Assembly (NCBI GenBank): GCA_963824555.1
Contig: CAWGPW010000016.1
Span: 611,109 to 675,108, forward strand
Source: an uncultured delta proteobacterium
GTDB lineage: Bacteria; Myxococcota_A; Polyangia; Fen-1088
Direction: 5' to 3'
Length of the DNA stretch: 64,000 nucleotides
The notes beneath the pieces were generated by a model. It was not told where the DNA came from. It saw nothing but the letters and a program-made list of their open reading frames with translations, and did not search any database. This document shows positions 1-9,509 of the stretch, in pieces. A program made the translations under genes and the position numbers. How positions within the stretch are numbered: position 1 is the stretch's first letter; each line of letters starts with the position of its first letter.

Positions 1-137
1 GAGCGCGAGCAGCGTGATCATCGGCGACCATCCTAGCCTACCCGGCGCGGATTGAGGCGTGACATCCTGCCCTGGTATCGACCGGTCTCCACGATCACGG
101 GTGGTGAGGAATCTCGGCTCCTGCTAATAACAGCCGG

Positions 138-623
138 GTGGAATCAAGCAAGTCAGGCGATCTCGATGCGCAACTTTGTCGCGCGGCCTTCGTGTGCGAC
201 TTCGTGCGGGTACGCGAGCTGCTCGCCCAGGGCGCCAGCCCGAACGCGCGCGACGAGGACATGCGAACGCCACTGCACCAGGCGGTGCTCGGCAACAGCG
301 TGGGGCTCTTGGGCCTGCTCATCGAAGCGGGGGCCGACCTCGACGCCAAGGACGCGCAGGGGTTTACGCCTTTGCATTTCGCGGCCCAGGAATATCTGCC
401 CGAGGTCGCGCGCATCCTGGTGGGCAAGGGCGCGGACGTCAACGCGTGCGACGAGGATGGCAACTCACCGCTTTGGCGGGCCGTCTTCTCGTCCGCCGGC
501 CGCGACGAGATCGCGCGCTTCTTGCTGGAAAGCGGCGCTCGCGACGATCAGGCCAACCACGAGGGCGTGACCCCGCGCGAGCTGGCCGAGCGGCTCGGTA
601 GCCGGCTTTTCTCGGCCAACTAG
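138..623 (+). CDS. Ankyrin-repeat protein
   Basis: 161-aa ORF with GTG start. ANK repeats are readable: TPLHQAVLGNSVGLLGLLIEAGADLDAKD, GFTPLHFAAQEYLPEVARILVGKGADVNACD, GNSPLWRAV. The stop lies 2 nt before the next start. Confidence 0.8.
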   Translation: MESSKSGDLDAQLCRAAFVCDFVRVRELLAQGASPNARDEDMRTPLHQAVLGNSVGLLGLLIEAGADLDAKDAQGFTPLHFAAQEYLPEVARILVGKGADVNACDEDGNSPLWRAVFSSAGRDEIARFLLESGARDDQANHEGVTPRELAERLGSRLFSAN

Positions 624-625
624 CC

Positions 626-2746
626 ATGGGCAAGCGCAGGGGACAGTGGGGCAAGCCTCGGCAGAGCAAGCCCGTGAAGAACGTTTCCGCGCCGGATCGG
701 CAAGCGGCGACGGCGGATCCCCGGGCCTGGCTCGCACCCGCGATTGCCTTCCTCGGTCTGCTCACGCTCTATGTCGCCACCCTGGCGCCCTCGGTCATGG
801 GTGGCGACAGCGGCGAGCTGACGGCCTCGGCGTTGACTGGCGGGGTGCCCCATCCTCCCGGCTACCCGCTCTTCGCCCTGCTCGCGCGTCTATTCGCGGC
901 CTTGCCGCTCGGACACTCGCCCGCGTGGCGGGTGAACCTGCTCTCCGCAACCTCGACGGCGGCGGCGGGCGCTCTCGTGTGCGCCACGGTTGTGCTATGG
1001 ACGCACGAAAGGGCGGCGGGGCTCGTGGCGGCGGCGCTCTTCGGCACGAATTCCGTGGTCTGGCTGCACGCCGTCTCGGCCGAGGTGTTCGGCCTCAACG
1101 CCATGTTCGTGGGGCTGGCGTTCCTGCTCTGGCTTCACGTCGAACGCACGGCCGCCCGCCGCCACGTCTTCGCGCTCTGCCTCGCCTGCGGTCTTGCCAT
1201 GTGCAACCACCACACCTTCGCGTTCGTGGGCGCGCCCCTGGTGTTGCGATCGTTCTGGCTGGCAAGACGCACCCTGCAGGCTCGCGGCATCGTGCTCGCA
1301 TGCGCCCTGGGTCTCGTCGGACTTCTGCCCTACGTCTACCTCGCCCTGGCCTCGGCCTCGTCGGCCGCGGTGTCGTGGGGCAACGAAGCCACCCTGGACG
1401 GTTTCTTGAACCACGTTCTGCGCCGAAACTACGGTACCTTCAGCATGGGGCAAGCCAGCAAGGACGGTGCTTTCGTGGCGGAAGGCACGTTCTTCCCGAC
1501 CCTGTGGCGCATGCTGGGGCACGCCTTCCCGCGCTTTCTTTGGGTAGGCCCGCCGCTGGCCTTCCTGGGGCTCTACCGCGGGGCCAGGGATCGCCAGGCG
1601 AAGAGCCAGTCGTATGTTCTCGCCCTTGTTCTCGGCTTGTACGTGCTCGGCTTCTGCATGCTGTCCAACCTGTCGACGTCGCAGGGCCTTTACGTGACCG
1701 TTCTGGTCCGTTTTTGCATCCAATCCGATCTCATGCTGGCCGTCGCGGCCGGCCTGGGTGTGGCCGAGCTGACGCGCCTCGCACGGACGCGCTGGAGCGC
1801 CTGCGCGCGCCACGCGCGCTGGGCGCCCGCGGTCGCCTTGCTGGTCTTCGTGGCCGGTGCGGCGGCCCACGCGGGCGAGTGCGACCAACACCACAACCGG
1901 GTCTTCGCCGATTTCGTGACCACGGCCTTTGCCTCGCTTCCACCGAATGCCATCGTGATCACGATGGGCGATCACTTGACCGGCTCGGTCTTTTACTTTC
2001 GCGAGGTCGAGAAGCTGCGCACCGACGTCATCCACCTCGACCGCGAGCTGCTCGGCACTTCCTGGTACGGCGCGCGCAAGCGCAAGCTCTACCCCGACCT
2101 CTATGTTCCTCCAGGCCCTTACGGCAAGGCGGGCTGGAACATCAAGAAGCTGCTCGACGGCAATCCCGCAAGGCCACTGGTGGTCATCGACCGCCTGGAC
2201 GCTTGGGATCAGAGCTGGAAGGACGGCTACAAGCTCGCCACCAACGGTCTCGTTCATCCCCTGGTGCCGGCCGGCCAGTTCCCGAGCTTCGAGCAATGGG
2301 TCGCGCGCGATGGCAAGGCCCTGGGCCACTACGACGTGATGCCCGCGTTGCGCGCGCCCGAAGGATCGTGGGAATACGCGCTCGCCAAGTTGGTCATGAC
2401 GACCCAGGCTGGCCGCGCCCACCTGGCCTTGGTCTACAGCAACGAGTCGGGCAACGCACCTGCCCCGGCGCGCGGCGCGGTGGCGCTACTCGAGGATCTC
2501 GTCGCCAAGGCGGGCGGGGACAAGGGTCTCGGCATCGCCCGCTTGCCCGGGATGCGCCAGATCTACCTCGGTCCGAACGTCTGGAAGGATCTCGGCATCG
2601 GCTACGAGATCCTTTCGCACACCGATAGGGCGTACACCCCGAAGGTTGCCTTGGCCTACGAAAAGTTCGTCGAGCGTGCTTCCTCGGACGACGCAGACCT
2701 GCCGGCCGCACGCGAGTACGTCGAACAGCACCGCCTCGTCCAGTAA
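626..2746 (+). CDS. Polytopic membrane protein, DUF2723 / TMEM260-like (GT-C-type glycosyltransferase-like)
   Basis: 706-aa ORF. N-terminal motif TLAPSVMGGDSGELTASALTGGVPHPPGYPLFALLARLF matches what I recall of DUF2723 proteins. Many hydrophobic segments are followed by a soluble C-terminal half. Confidence 0.65.
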   Translation: MGKRRGQWGKPRQSKPVKNVSAPDRQAATADPRAWLAPAIAFLGLLTLYVATLAPSVMGGDSGELTASALTGGVPHPPGYPLFALLARLFAALPLGHSPAWRVNLLSATSTAAAGALVCATVVLWTHERAAGLVAAALFGTNSVVWLHAVSAEVFGLNAMFVGLAFLLWLHVERTAARRHVFALCLACGLAMCNHHTFAFVGAPLVLRSFWLARRTLQARGIVLACALGLVGLLPYVYLALASASSAAVSWGNEATLDGFLNHVLRRNYGTFSMGQASKDGAFVAEGTFFPTLWRMLGHAFPRFLWVGPPLAFLGLYRGARDRQAKSQSYVLALVLGLYVLGFCMLSNLSTSQGLYVTVLVRFCIQSDLMLAVAAGLGVAELTRLARTRWSACARHARWAPAVALLVFVAGAAAHAGECDQHHNRVFADFVTTAFASLPPNAIVITMGDHLTGSVFYFREVEKLRTDVIHLDRELLGTSWYGARKRKLYPDLYVPPGPYGKAGWNIKKLLDGNPARPLVVIDRLDAWDQSWKDGYKLATNGLVHPLVPAGQFPSFEQWVARDGKALGHYDVMPALRAPEGSWEYALAKLVMTTQAGRAHLALVYSNESGNAPAPARGAVALLEDLVAKAGGDKGLGIARLPGMRQIYLGPNVWKDLGIGYEILSHTDRAYTPKVALAYEKFVERASSDDADLPAAREYVEQHRLVQ

Positions 2747-2867
2747 CGGATTTCAGCCGTTCGCATCGCCGACACCGCGCCTGTTCCAATCTGCGTTCCC
2801 GCCCACCTCTGCCCTTGGTGCGTGAATGTGCAAACGCGAGCAAGTGCCTGATAGACTGGTGTCACTC

Positions 2868-4286
2868 ATGCGCAGCATTGCTTGTGCCTTCGCGGTCCTG
2901 GGCGTTTTTGCTTCTTCGCGTGCGCTAGCCCAGCAAGAGATGATCACCGATGTGCGCGTCGTGAATGCCGTGCGCACCAACGAGGAAACCGTTCGCTCCA
3001 TCGCCGGGATCTCCATCGGCGATCCGCTGCTCCCTGACACCCTCGATATCGCGCGCGAGCGCCTGCACACCTCGGGCATGTTCGCGGACGTCAACGTGTA
3101 CTGGGAGCCGCACGGCGCAGGCGTTCGCGTCGTCATCGTGATCACCGAGAAATTCCCTTGGGCGCCGGTGCCCACGTTCTCCTATGCCCCCGGCAACATC
3201 TCGGCGGGTGGCGTGGTCGCGCACGGCAACCTCTTCGGCCGCGGCAAACGCGGGCTCATCGGCGGGCGCATCTCGAACGTGGATTCGGGGGCACTCGTGG
3301 CCTACGACGACCCTGCCTTCCTCGGATCTTGGGGGTTCTTCACCGTCAAGGGGAAATACCAATCGCAGATCATCCCCGAGTACGCCAACACCAACCTTGC
3401 CGGCTTGCCCCTCGAACCCATACGCAACACCAAGCTCCGATCGTATGGCTTCGAGATCAACGTCGGCGTGGCCTGGTTTCGCAAGGTCCGCACCTCGTTC
3501 GGTTGGAACCTGGATCAGAACGACGTGTTGTGGTCCAGCCTGGCCGATCCCAACAACCCGACCCTATTTCCCGCGCTTGGCAATCAGACCCTCGCGCAAA
3601 ATCTCGGCAATCCTCCACCCCAGGCGGACACCAGCGCCCGGCGAGGAAATGCCACGGTCAACCTGACCTTCGACTTCCGCGCTCGCGAGCGCGCCGTCAT
3701 GTACGGCAATGCGCTCGGCTTCACCTTCGAATACGCGGCCCCGCGCTGGGGCAGCCAGTCCGACCTTTGGTACTGGAAGGCCAGTACGTCTTACGAGCAC
3801 GGCATCCGCTTCTTTCACGAGCACAATCTGATCATCCGCATCGGCGGTATCGCGGGAGAGAATCTGCCACTGTGGTCCGAAAACTCCGCAGGCGGCACGA
3901 ATCTGCGCGGTTACCTCTATCGGCAGTTCCAAGGGGATACCCACCTGCGCAGCCAGGTCGAGTACCACTTTCCGCTTTTCAGTCTGTGGAGCGTCGATGT
4001 TCGCGGGCTCGTCTTCAACGACGCCGCGGCAATTTGGTTTCGCAAGCTACCGCAACAATACTCTTTCGGTGCGGGTACGGCCTACCTCCCACGCGACGAC
4101 GGACGCCAGTTTCTGCCGCCCGCGTTCCTCGAGCAGGGATTTCGCGCCAGCCGGGATATTCACACCTCGGCCGGTGCGGGTCTCCGTTTCTACCTGCGGA
4201 CCGTGGCGATACCCCTGGTGGGTGTCGACGTGGGCAACGGTCTCGGCACGAAGGACATCCGCGTCATCCTGGTCGTGGGCGCGTAG
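2868..4286 (+). CDS. Omp85/BamA-family outer-membrane protein (one POTRA-like domain plus surface-antigen barrel)
   Basis: Signal peptide MRSIACAFAVLGVFASSRALAQQ. POTRA-like ITDVRVVNAVRTNEETVRSIAGISIGDPL. Barrel entry motif HGNLFGRGKRGLIGGRIS and alternating beta-strand pattern to the C-terminus. The ATG at 2868 is preferred over the ORF-track start at 2826. Confidence 0.7.
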   Translation: MRSIACAFAVLGVFASSRALAQQEMITDVRVVNAVRTNEETVRSIAGISIGDPLLPDTLDIARERLHTSGMFADVNVYWEPHGAGVRVVIVITEKFPWAPVPTFSYAPGNISAGGVVAHGNLFGRGKRGLIGGRISNVDSGALVAYDDPAFLGSWGFFTVKGKYQSQIIPEYANTNLAGLPLEPIRNTKLRSYGFEINVGVAWFRKVRTSFGWNLDQNDVLWSSLADPNNPTLFPALGNQTLAQNLGNPPPQADTSARRGNATVNLTFDFRARERAVMYGNALGFTFEYAAPRWGSQSDLWYWKASTSYEHGIRFFHEHNLIIRIGGIAGENLPLWSENSAGGTNLRGYLYRQFQGDTHLRSQVEYHFPLFSLWSVDVRGLVFNDAAAIWFRKLPQQYSFGAGTAYLPRDDGRQFLPPAFLEQGFRASRDIHTSAGAGLRFYLRTVAIPLVGVDVGNGLGTKDIRVILVVGA

Positions 4287-4290
4287 CGCG

Positions 4291-5683
4291 CTACCACTTG
4301 CCGGACTTGCGCGCCTCGGCCTTGGGCATGCCCGCCAGCTTGGCGAGGTTCTCCAAGAATCTCGGATTCGGGCATGACGTAATCCGTGAGCTTGCCGCCA
4401 AGATACGCGTCGTAGCCCGCCAGATCCATCAGGCCGTGGCCGCTGTAGTTGAAGAGAATCACTTTCTTCTCGCCGCTCTCGCGGCAGGCGACGGCCTCGT
4501 CGATGGTCGCCGCGATGGCGTGGCTGGTCTCCGGCGCGCAGATCGTGCCCTCGGTCTTGGCCCAGATCATGGCCGACTCGTAACACTTGAGCTGGCCGTA
4601 GGCCTTGGGCTCGAACAGTCCTTCGACGATGCCCTGGCACACGAGAGGCGCCATACCATGGTAGCGAAGGCCGCCAGCGTGGATGGGCTTGGGCACGAAG
4701 GTGTGGCCAAGCGAGTGCATGGGCAGAAGCGGAGTCATGCCGGCGACATCGCCATGGTCGTACACGAAATTGCCCTTGGTCATCTTGGGGCAAGCCTGGG
4801 GTTCGACGGGGACGATCTTGATCTTCGCGCCGTGGATCTTGTCGTAGGCGAAGGGGAAGGCGAGCCCGGCGAAGTTGCTGCCGCCGCCCGCGCAGGCGAT
4901 CACCACATCGGGCAGACGTTCGCCGGCCTTCTTGAGCTGCTCCTTGGCTTCGAGCCCGATGATGGTCTGGTGAAGCATCACGTGGTTGAGCACGCTGCCC
5001 AAGGCATAACGGGTTTGCCCCGACCTGTCGGTCACCGCCGCCTCGATGGCTTCGCTGATGGCGATGCCAAGGCTCCCCGGCGTGTCGGGCATCTGGGCCA
5101 AGATATTGCGGCCGGCCTGGGTTTCACGCGACGGGCTGGCCACGCAGTTGGCGCCCCACACCTGCATCATCGACTTGCGGAAGGGCTTCTGGTCGAAGCT
5201 GATGCGCACCATGAAGACCTTGCACTCGAGACCGATGAGGTTGCAGGAAAAGGCGAGGGCGCTGCCCCACTGGCCCGCGCCGGTCTCGGTGGTCAGGCGT
5301 TTGATACCGAATTGTTTGTTGTACCAAGCCTGCGGCACCGCCGTGTTCGGCTTGTGACTGCCGGCCGGGCTCACGCTCTCGTCCTTGTAGTAAATCTTGG
5401 CCGGCGTGTTCAGGTAGCGTTCCAGGAAGACGGCGCGGCGGAGGGGCGACGGACGCCACCTGTAGAGGATGTCCAGGACCTCCGGCGGAATGTCGATCCA
5501 GCGCTCGCTGCTGACTTCCTGCTCGATGAGGTTCATCGGAAAGACCGGGGCCAGCATCTCGGGCTTGATCGGGCCGCCGTCGGGGCCAAGCGGTGGCAGC
5601 ATGGGCGTCGGCAAGTCCGCGGCGAGGTTGTACCACTTGCGAGGGATCTCGTTCTCGGAGAGCTGAATCTTCACGTTGTCCAT
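4291..5683 (-). CDS. TrpB-like PLP-dependent enzyme (tryptophan synthase beta, TrpB2 type), with apparent 3' frameshift
   Basis: MDNVKIQLSENEIPRKWYNL.. start at 5683. Reads like stand-alone TrpB2: ..KDESVSPAGSHKPNTAV.., GAGQWGSALAF, ACAGGGSNFAG. The last ~50 codons of the tracked ORF (to 4190) use A/T-ending codons and overlap the Omp85 gene. A shifted frame gives ENLAKLAGMPKAEARKSGKW* ending at 4291. Confidence 0.8.
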
Positions 5684-5886
5684 GTTGTCCGTCCTTTGGC
5701 AGATAAAGACACCCCATCGGAGACCGCGGAGCGTCGTGGCCGAATGGCATAGTAGAGGACTGGGCCGTCCGAGTTCAACCACGGATCATCGCCCATAGTC
5801 CCGCACTAGCGCAGAAGGTCGTGGCCATGGTGAGCCGTCTACGTCCACGACCCCCCGTCGTCAGCGACGCCTCTGTCGGCGCGGGA

Positions 5887-6207
5887 CTAGGACTTGCGAG
5901 CCACGCCGATGATCACGCGGTTGAGCGCGCGGTCGGCTGCTGGCCGCTCGGGGGTGGATGGCGCGGGAACATCGATGCGGTCGGAGGTATCGGGCCGGAC
6001 CATGCGGTAGGCGCCCGCCCCAGTCAGACCCTGGCCGCTCGCCTTGTCGATTTCACTTGGTGGCGTCGTTGGGTTGGCGCGATTGGCGACGGTTGGAGTG
6101 TCGCTGAAGGCGTCGTCTTCTTCCGAGAGCGCCGCAGCCACATCGGCGAGCTCGGCGGCGATCTCGTCACTCGATTTCGGGACGGAGTCTGCTCGCGGGG
6201 TTGCCAT
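5887..6207 (-). CDS. Hypothetical acidic, disordered-looking protein
   Basis: 106-aa version starting MATPRADSVPKSSDEIAAELADV... G/C-ending codons predominate. The complementary-frame plus ORF (5821..6351) is W/R/G-rich and looks like a shadow. No family recognised. Confidence 0.4.
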   Translation of the reverse strand: MATPRADSVPKSSDEIAAELADVAAALSEEDDAFSDTPTVANRANPTTPPSEIDKASGQGLTGAGAYRMVRPDTSDRIDVPAPSTPERPAADRALNRVIIGVARKS

Positions 6208-6449
6208 GGATCCTTCGCGGTTCCCGTTGGCGCCTTTCACCTTCGCCGACACGCTACCCCCTGGTGGAACGCCGCTCGCCTCGCGGCTTGGTGTCACGCG
6301 TTCGGTTGGCACACAGCATGTCGAGAACATCCGATGCAGTACAACAAATAGATACTAATATAGTGTAACCTGAAATACAACTGTAAACACAAATAACTTT
6401 CAGGGTTTCGCGCTCATCGCGTGCGGCATTCCGTTGTATAGGTAGAGGC

Positions 6450-7151
6450 ATGAAGCGAATCGTCACCTTCTTCGGACTCGCATTCGTTGTTTGCGCCGCT
6501 GGCTGCACCAGCCAAGAGCCAGCCAAGCCCACGCCGCCCCCCGCCAAACCCGCGCCGGTGGTCGAAGCCGCCAAGCCCGTCGATGCCGGCGCCGCCGACG
6601 CGCACCTTGGCATGATGGAAAAGTACGCCATTTGGAAGGCCAAGAAGGAGGCCGACGAGAAGCTGGCCAAGGAGCTTGCCTCCGAGGAAGAGGCCCGCCT
6701 GCGCAAGTTCGACAAGAGCAGGATGGCCACGCACCTGGCCTTGCTCGCGTTCGAAAAGAGAACGCGCAAGGTGCTCGACGACGCGGCCCAGAGCCTGAAG
6801 GGCAAGCCCGATGCGGCAGCGCAAATGGAAAAGATCGCGGACAAGCAGCGCAAGGCCATCGAGGCGCAAGCCAAGGTTCTGCGCAAGATGGATCCCACGG
6901 GCGGCAGCTCGAACATCGGCACGGATCATGATGTAAGCCTGAATCTCCTGGCCAATGACTATCCGGCCGCACTGGCCGCCGCGGCGGCGGGCGACGACAA
7001 GCCGCTCGCAGAAGTGAGCAAGGAGCTCGACAAGCGCTTCCAGAAGATGGAGTCGTGGCTCGACGAGGTGAAGGCCTCCAAAGAGACCAAGGAGGCAAAG
7101 CCGGCCAAGGCGGCCAAGAAAGCCAAGCCTGGGAAGAAGGGCAAGAAGTAG
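6450..7151 (+). CDS. Lipoprotein, Lys/Ala/Glu-rich
   Basis: Signal peptide plus lipobox MKRIVTFFGLAFVVCAAGC. Helical charged body and a KPAKAAKKAKPGKKGKK tail. Preceded by an AT-rich promoter-like island. Confidence 0.7.
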   Translation: MKRIVTFFGLAFVVCAAGCTSQEPAKPTPPPAKPAPVVEAAKPVDAGAADAHLGMMEKYAIWKAKKEADEKLAKELASEEEARLRKFDKSRMATHLALLAFEKRTRKVLDDAAQSLKGKPDAAAQMEKIADKQRKAIEAQAKVLRKMDPTGGSSNIGTDHDVSLNLLANDYPAALAAAAAGDDKPLAEVSKELDKRFQKMESWLDEVKASKETKEAKPAKAAKKAKPGKKGKK

Positions 7152-7167
7152 CGACAGGAGTCCGCAC

Positions 7168-8310
7168 GTGGTTTCACCCAGGCAGCTCAAGCAACTGGCC
7201 GACCAGCACGGCACGCCGCTTTTCGTCGTCGACCACGGCGAGATCCGGCGCAACTTCGCCATGTTTCGCAAGTATCTGCCGCGCGTGCAGGCCTACTACG
7301 CGGTCAAGGCCAACCCCGATCCGGCCATCGTCAACACGCTCTTCCGCGCGGGCGCCAGTTTCGACGTGGCGTCCATGCCGGAATTCAACATCGTTCACCA
7401 GAATATCCAGGGCTGGCCGCCGAAAAAGCGGCAAGACTTCATCTGGGACAAGATTGTCTACGCCAACCCGGTGAAAGACAATCGCACCCTGGCCGAGCTC
7501 GACCCGTACAAGCCCCTCGTCACCTACGACAACCTGGCCGAGGTGGGCAAGATCAAGAAATTCGCCCCCCACGCGGGGCTGGTTCTGCGTGTGAACGTGC
7601 CCAACACCGGCTCCATGGTCGAGCTGTCGTCGAAATTCGGGGCCTCTCCCGGCGAGGCGGTCGACCTGATGGGGGCCGCCTTCAAGGCCGGCCTGGTCGT
7701 CGAGGGGCTGTCCTTCCACGTGGGCAGCCAATGCACCAACTACCAGAACTACGTGCAGGCCCTGGGCATTGCCGACGGCATCTTCAAGGAAGCCTGGGAG
7801 CGCGGCCACAAGCAGGTGAAGATCCTCGACATCGGCGGCGGCTTCCCCGCGCCCTACGACCCGCACGTGCGGCCGTTCGCTGAGCTGGCCAAAACCTTGA
7901 ACGCGGAGCTCGACCGGCTTTTCGGCCCCGAAATCGAGATCATCGCCGAGCCCGGCCGTTTCATGGTGGCGACCGCGGCCACCCTGGTGGTCGAGATCAT
8001 CGGCAAGGCCGTACGCAGCGGCAAACAGTGCTACTACGTCAATGACGGCGTGTACGGAACTTTCTCGGGCGTGCTCTTCGATCACTGCCAGTACCACTTC
8101 AAGGCCTTCCGGAAGGGCCCATCCGAGCTCGCCTCGGTCTTCGGTCCCACCTGCGATGCCCTGGATGTGGTTTCGGCGGCGGAGGAGCTGCCCGTCGGAC
8201 TGCAGCTCGGCGATCGGCTCTACAGCGAGAAGATCGGCGCGTACACCATCGCCAGCGGCACGAATTTCAACGGCATGCCCCTGCCCAAGGTCGTTGCGGT
8301 GGGTGCGTGA
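7168..8310 (+). CDS. Type III PLP-dependent decarboxylase (ornithine/lysine decarboxylase family)
   Basis: 380 aa with GTG start. YAVKANPDPAIVNTLFRAGASFDVAS (PLP-Lys region), LSFHVGSQ, ILDIGGGFP, EPGRF, GPTCDALD. These are hallmarks of the Orn/DAP/Arg decarboxylase family 2. Confidence 0.85.
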   Translation: MVSPRQLKQLADQHGTPLFVVDHGEIRRNFAMFRKYLPRVQAYYAVKANPDPAIVNTLFRAGASFDVASMPEFNIVHQNIQGWPPKKRQDFIWDKIVYANPVKDNRTLAELDPYKPLVTYDNLAEVGKIKKFAPHAGLVLRVNVPNTGSMVELSSKFGASPGEAVDLMGAAFKAGLVVEGLSFHVGSQCTNYQNYVQALGIADGIFKEAWERGHKQVKILDIGGGFPAPYDPHVRPFAELAKTLNAELDRLFGPEIEIIAEPGRFMVATAATLVVEIIGKAVRSGKQCYYVNDGVYGTFSGVLFDHCQYHFKAFRKGPSELASVFGPTCDALDVVSAAEELPVGLQLGDRLYSEKIGAYTIASGTNFNGMPLPKVVAVGA

Positions 8311-8376
8311 AGGGCTCTGTGGCGAAAAATTGATCGAAAAATTGCTACTTACACGTAGTCGAGTTACCTACATGGG

Positions 8377-8886
8377 ATGAGCATCGAAATCCAACGCGCC
8401 ACCATCCCCTGTGGTTCATGCGGCGCCATGGTCACCGAGCTTCGCCGTGGCCGCTGCTGGGGCTGCTATTCGAAGTGGGCCGAGATGCGGCCGGTTCCCC
8501 GCGGGGCCTCATGCGCCATCTGCGAGGAGCGTCGCCGCGACAACCTGCGACTCATCGAGGTCCACGGTCGCTCCTTGACCTTCTGTCATCTCTGCGCCGC
8601 GCGCACCCTCAAGCTCGCCAAAGTCCCGAGCAGCATCGACGGCCTGCGCGCGTTGCTGCTGCGCGATCGTCGCGCTCAAGATCGGCGAGGAGACGGGCAA
8701 GAGCGCCGTATCTTCCCGCGCGAGCGCCGCGTGGGAGACCGCCGTGGGCCGCCGCGCGCCAGCGCCAGTGACAACACCAATCCCGGTTTCACCCTGCCGG
8801 AATTCGAGGATATCGAGATCGAGATCCAGGAAGCCGACATCGAGATCGTCGAGCAGACCTTGGTGCGCGAGCAGCCGAGGCGCTAG
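8377..8886 (+). CDS. Zinc-ribbon, Arg-rich small protein (hypothetical)
   Basis: 169 aa. Two CxxC..CxxC pairs: CGSCGAMVTELRRGRCWGC and CAICEE..FCHLC. Followed by DRR/ERR-rich repeats and an acidic tail. Confidence 0.6.
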   Translation: MSIEIQRATIPCGSCGAMVTELRRGRCWGCYSKWAEMRPVPRGASCAICEERRRDNLRLIEVHGRSLTFCHLCAARTLKLAKVPSSIDGLRALLLRDRRAQDRRGDGQERRIFPRERRVGDRRGPPRASASDNTNPGFTLPEFEDIEIEIQEADIEIVEQTLVREQPRR

Positions 8887-9284
8887 TTTCCCGGCAGCTC
8901 GATCTTCCACTCTTTCCCCTCGCGCACGAGGGAAAGCGTGTGCCTGTCTCCCGCGGCCGAGTAAACCTCGACCTGGGCGTTGTCCCGGTCGCGCTGGACC
9001 GTGCGGAGGCCCGCGGGCTCCCACGCTGGCGGTGCCCAGCCCACCGAGAAGAAGTCCTCCGGCCGGGCGATGAGCCGCCCGCCCTGGTGGCGGCTCGAGG
9101 ACAGCATGGCCTCGATACGGGCACGCGTTTGCGGGCCAAGACGCTGGTATACGGAGGCGCGATCCCCGCTGCGCGCCGCCACGATGAACAAGTGGACGGC
9201 GCCCTCGGGATTGTCAGGGCGCTCTTGGCTAGAGCAGGCAGCCAGGAGAAACGCCAAAAGGGCGATCCACTTGCGCATGGTCAA
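8883..9284 (-). CDS. Small lipoprotein (hypothetical)
   Basis: MTMRKWIALLAFLLAACSSQ signal plus lipobox. 133 aa. Convergent 4-nt overlap with the previous gene. Confidence 0.65.
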   Translation of the reverse strand: MTMRKWIALLAFLLAACSSQERPDNPEGAVHLFIVAARSGDRASVYQRLGPQTRARIEAMLSSSRHQGGRLIARPEDFFSVGWAPPAWEPAGLRTVQRDRDNAQVEVYSAAGDRHTLSLVREGKEWKIELPGN

Positions 9285-9509
9285 GATCGATTGCCGGGCA
9301 GATGTTCGATGCCCAAACGATCACGCACGAGCGCGATGGTTTGAGGGGGGTCTTGGGCAGACATGTATTCTGCGGTTGTAGTCGGCGCGACTGGGGTGGT
9401 CAAGGCCGCGTGCGCAGGCCTACTTCAGCACGGCCAGCTTGCTGCTACGCTTGCCCGCGCCGGCATCCGATGGATTGGGCTTGCCCAGGTCGCCGCCATC
9501 GCACCAAGA

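Noticed and set aside
1-137. Possible 5' end of a minus-strand gene leaving the window (ATGGTCGCCGATGATCAC.. or ATGATCACGCTGCTCGCGCTC on the reverse strand near 1-30)
   Set aside because: Fewer than ten codons are visible, so neither frame nor product can be supported.
3158-5752. Very long plus-strand ORF (864 aa) spanning the Omp85 3' half and all of trpB2
   Set aside because: The translation is Arg/Gly/His-rich with no motifs, and it lies antisense to a clearly recognisable TrpB2 gene. This is a typical shadow ORF of high-GC DNA. The same applies to 995..2422(-), 12561..14513(+), 39463..40767(-), 47237..49342(-), 53075..54937(+), 60826..61869(+) and similar tracks.
5821-6351. 176-aa plus-strand ORF overlapping the 5887..6207 minus-strand gene
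   Set aside because: It is in exact complementary register to the minus ORF, and its W/R/G-rich translation looks like a shadow. The minus-strand reading was kept, at low confidence.
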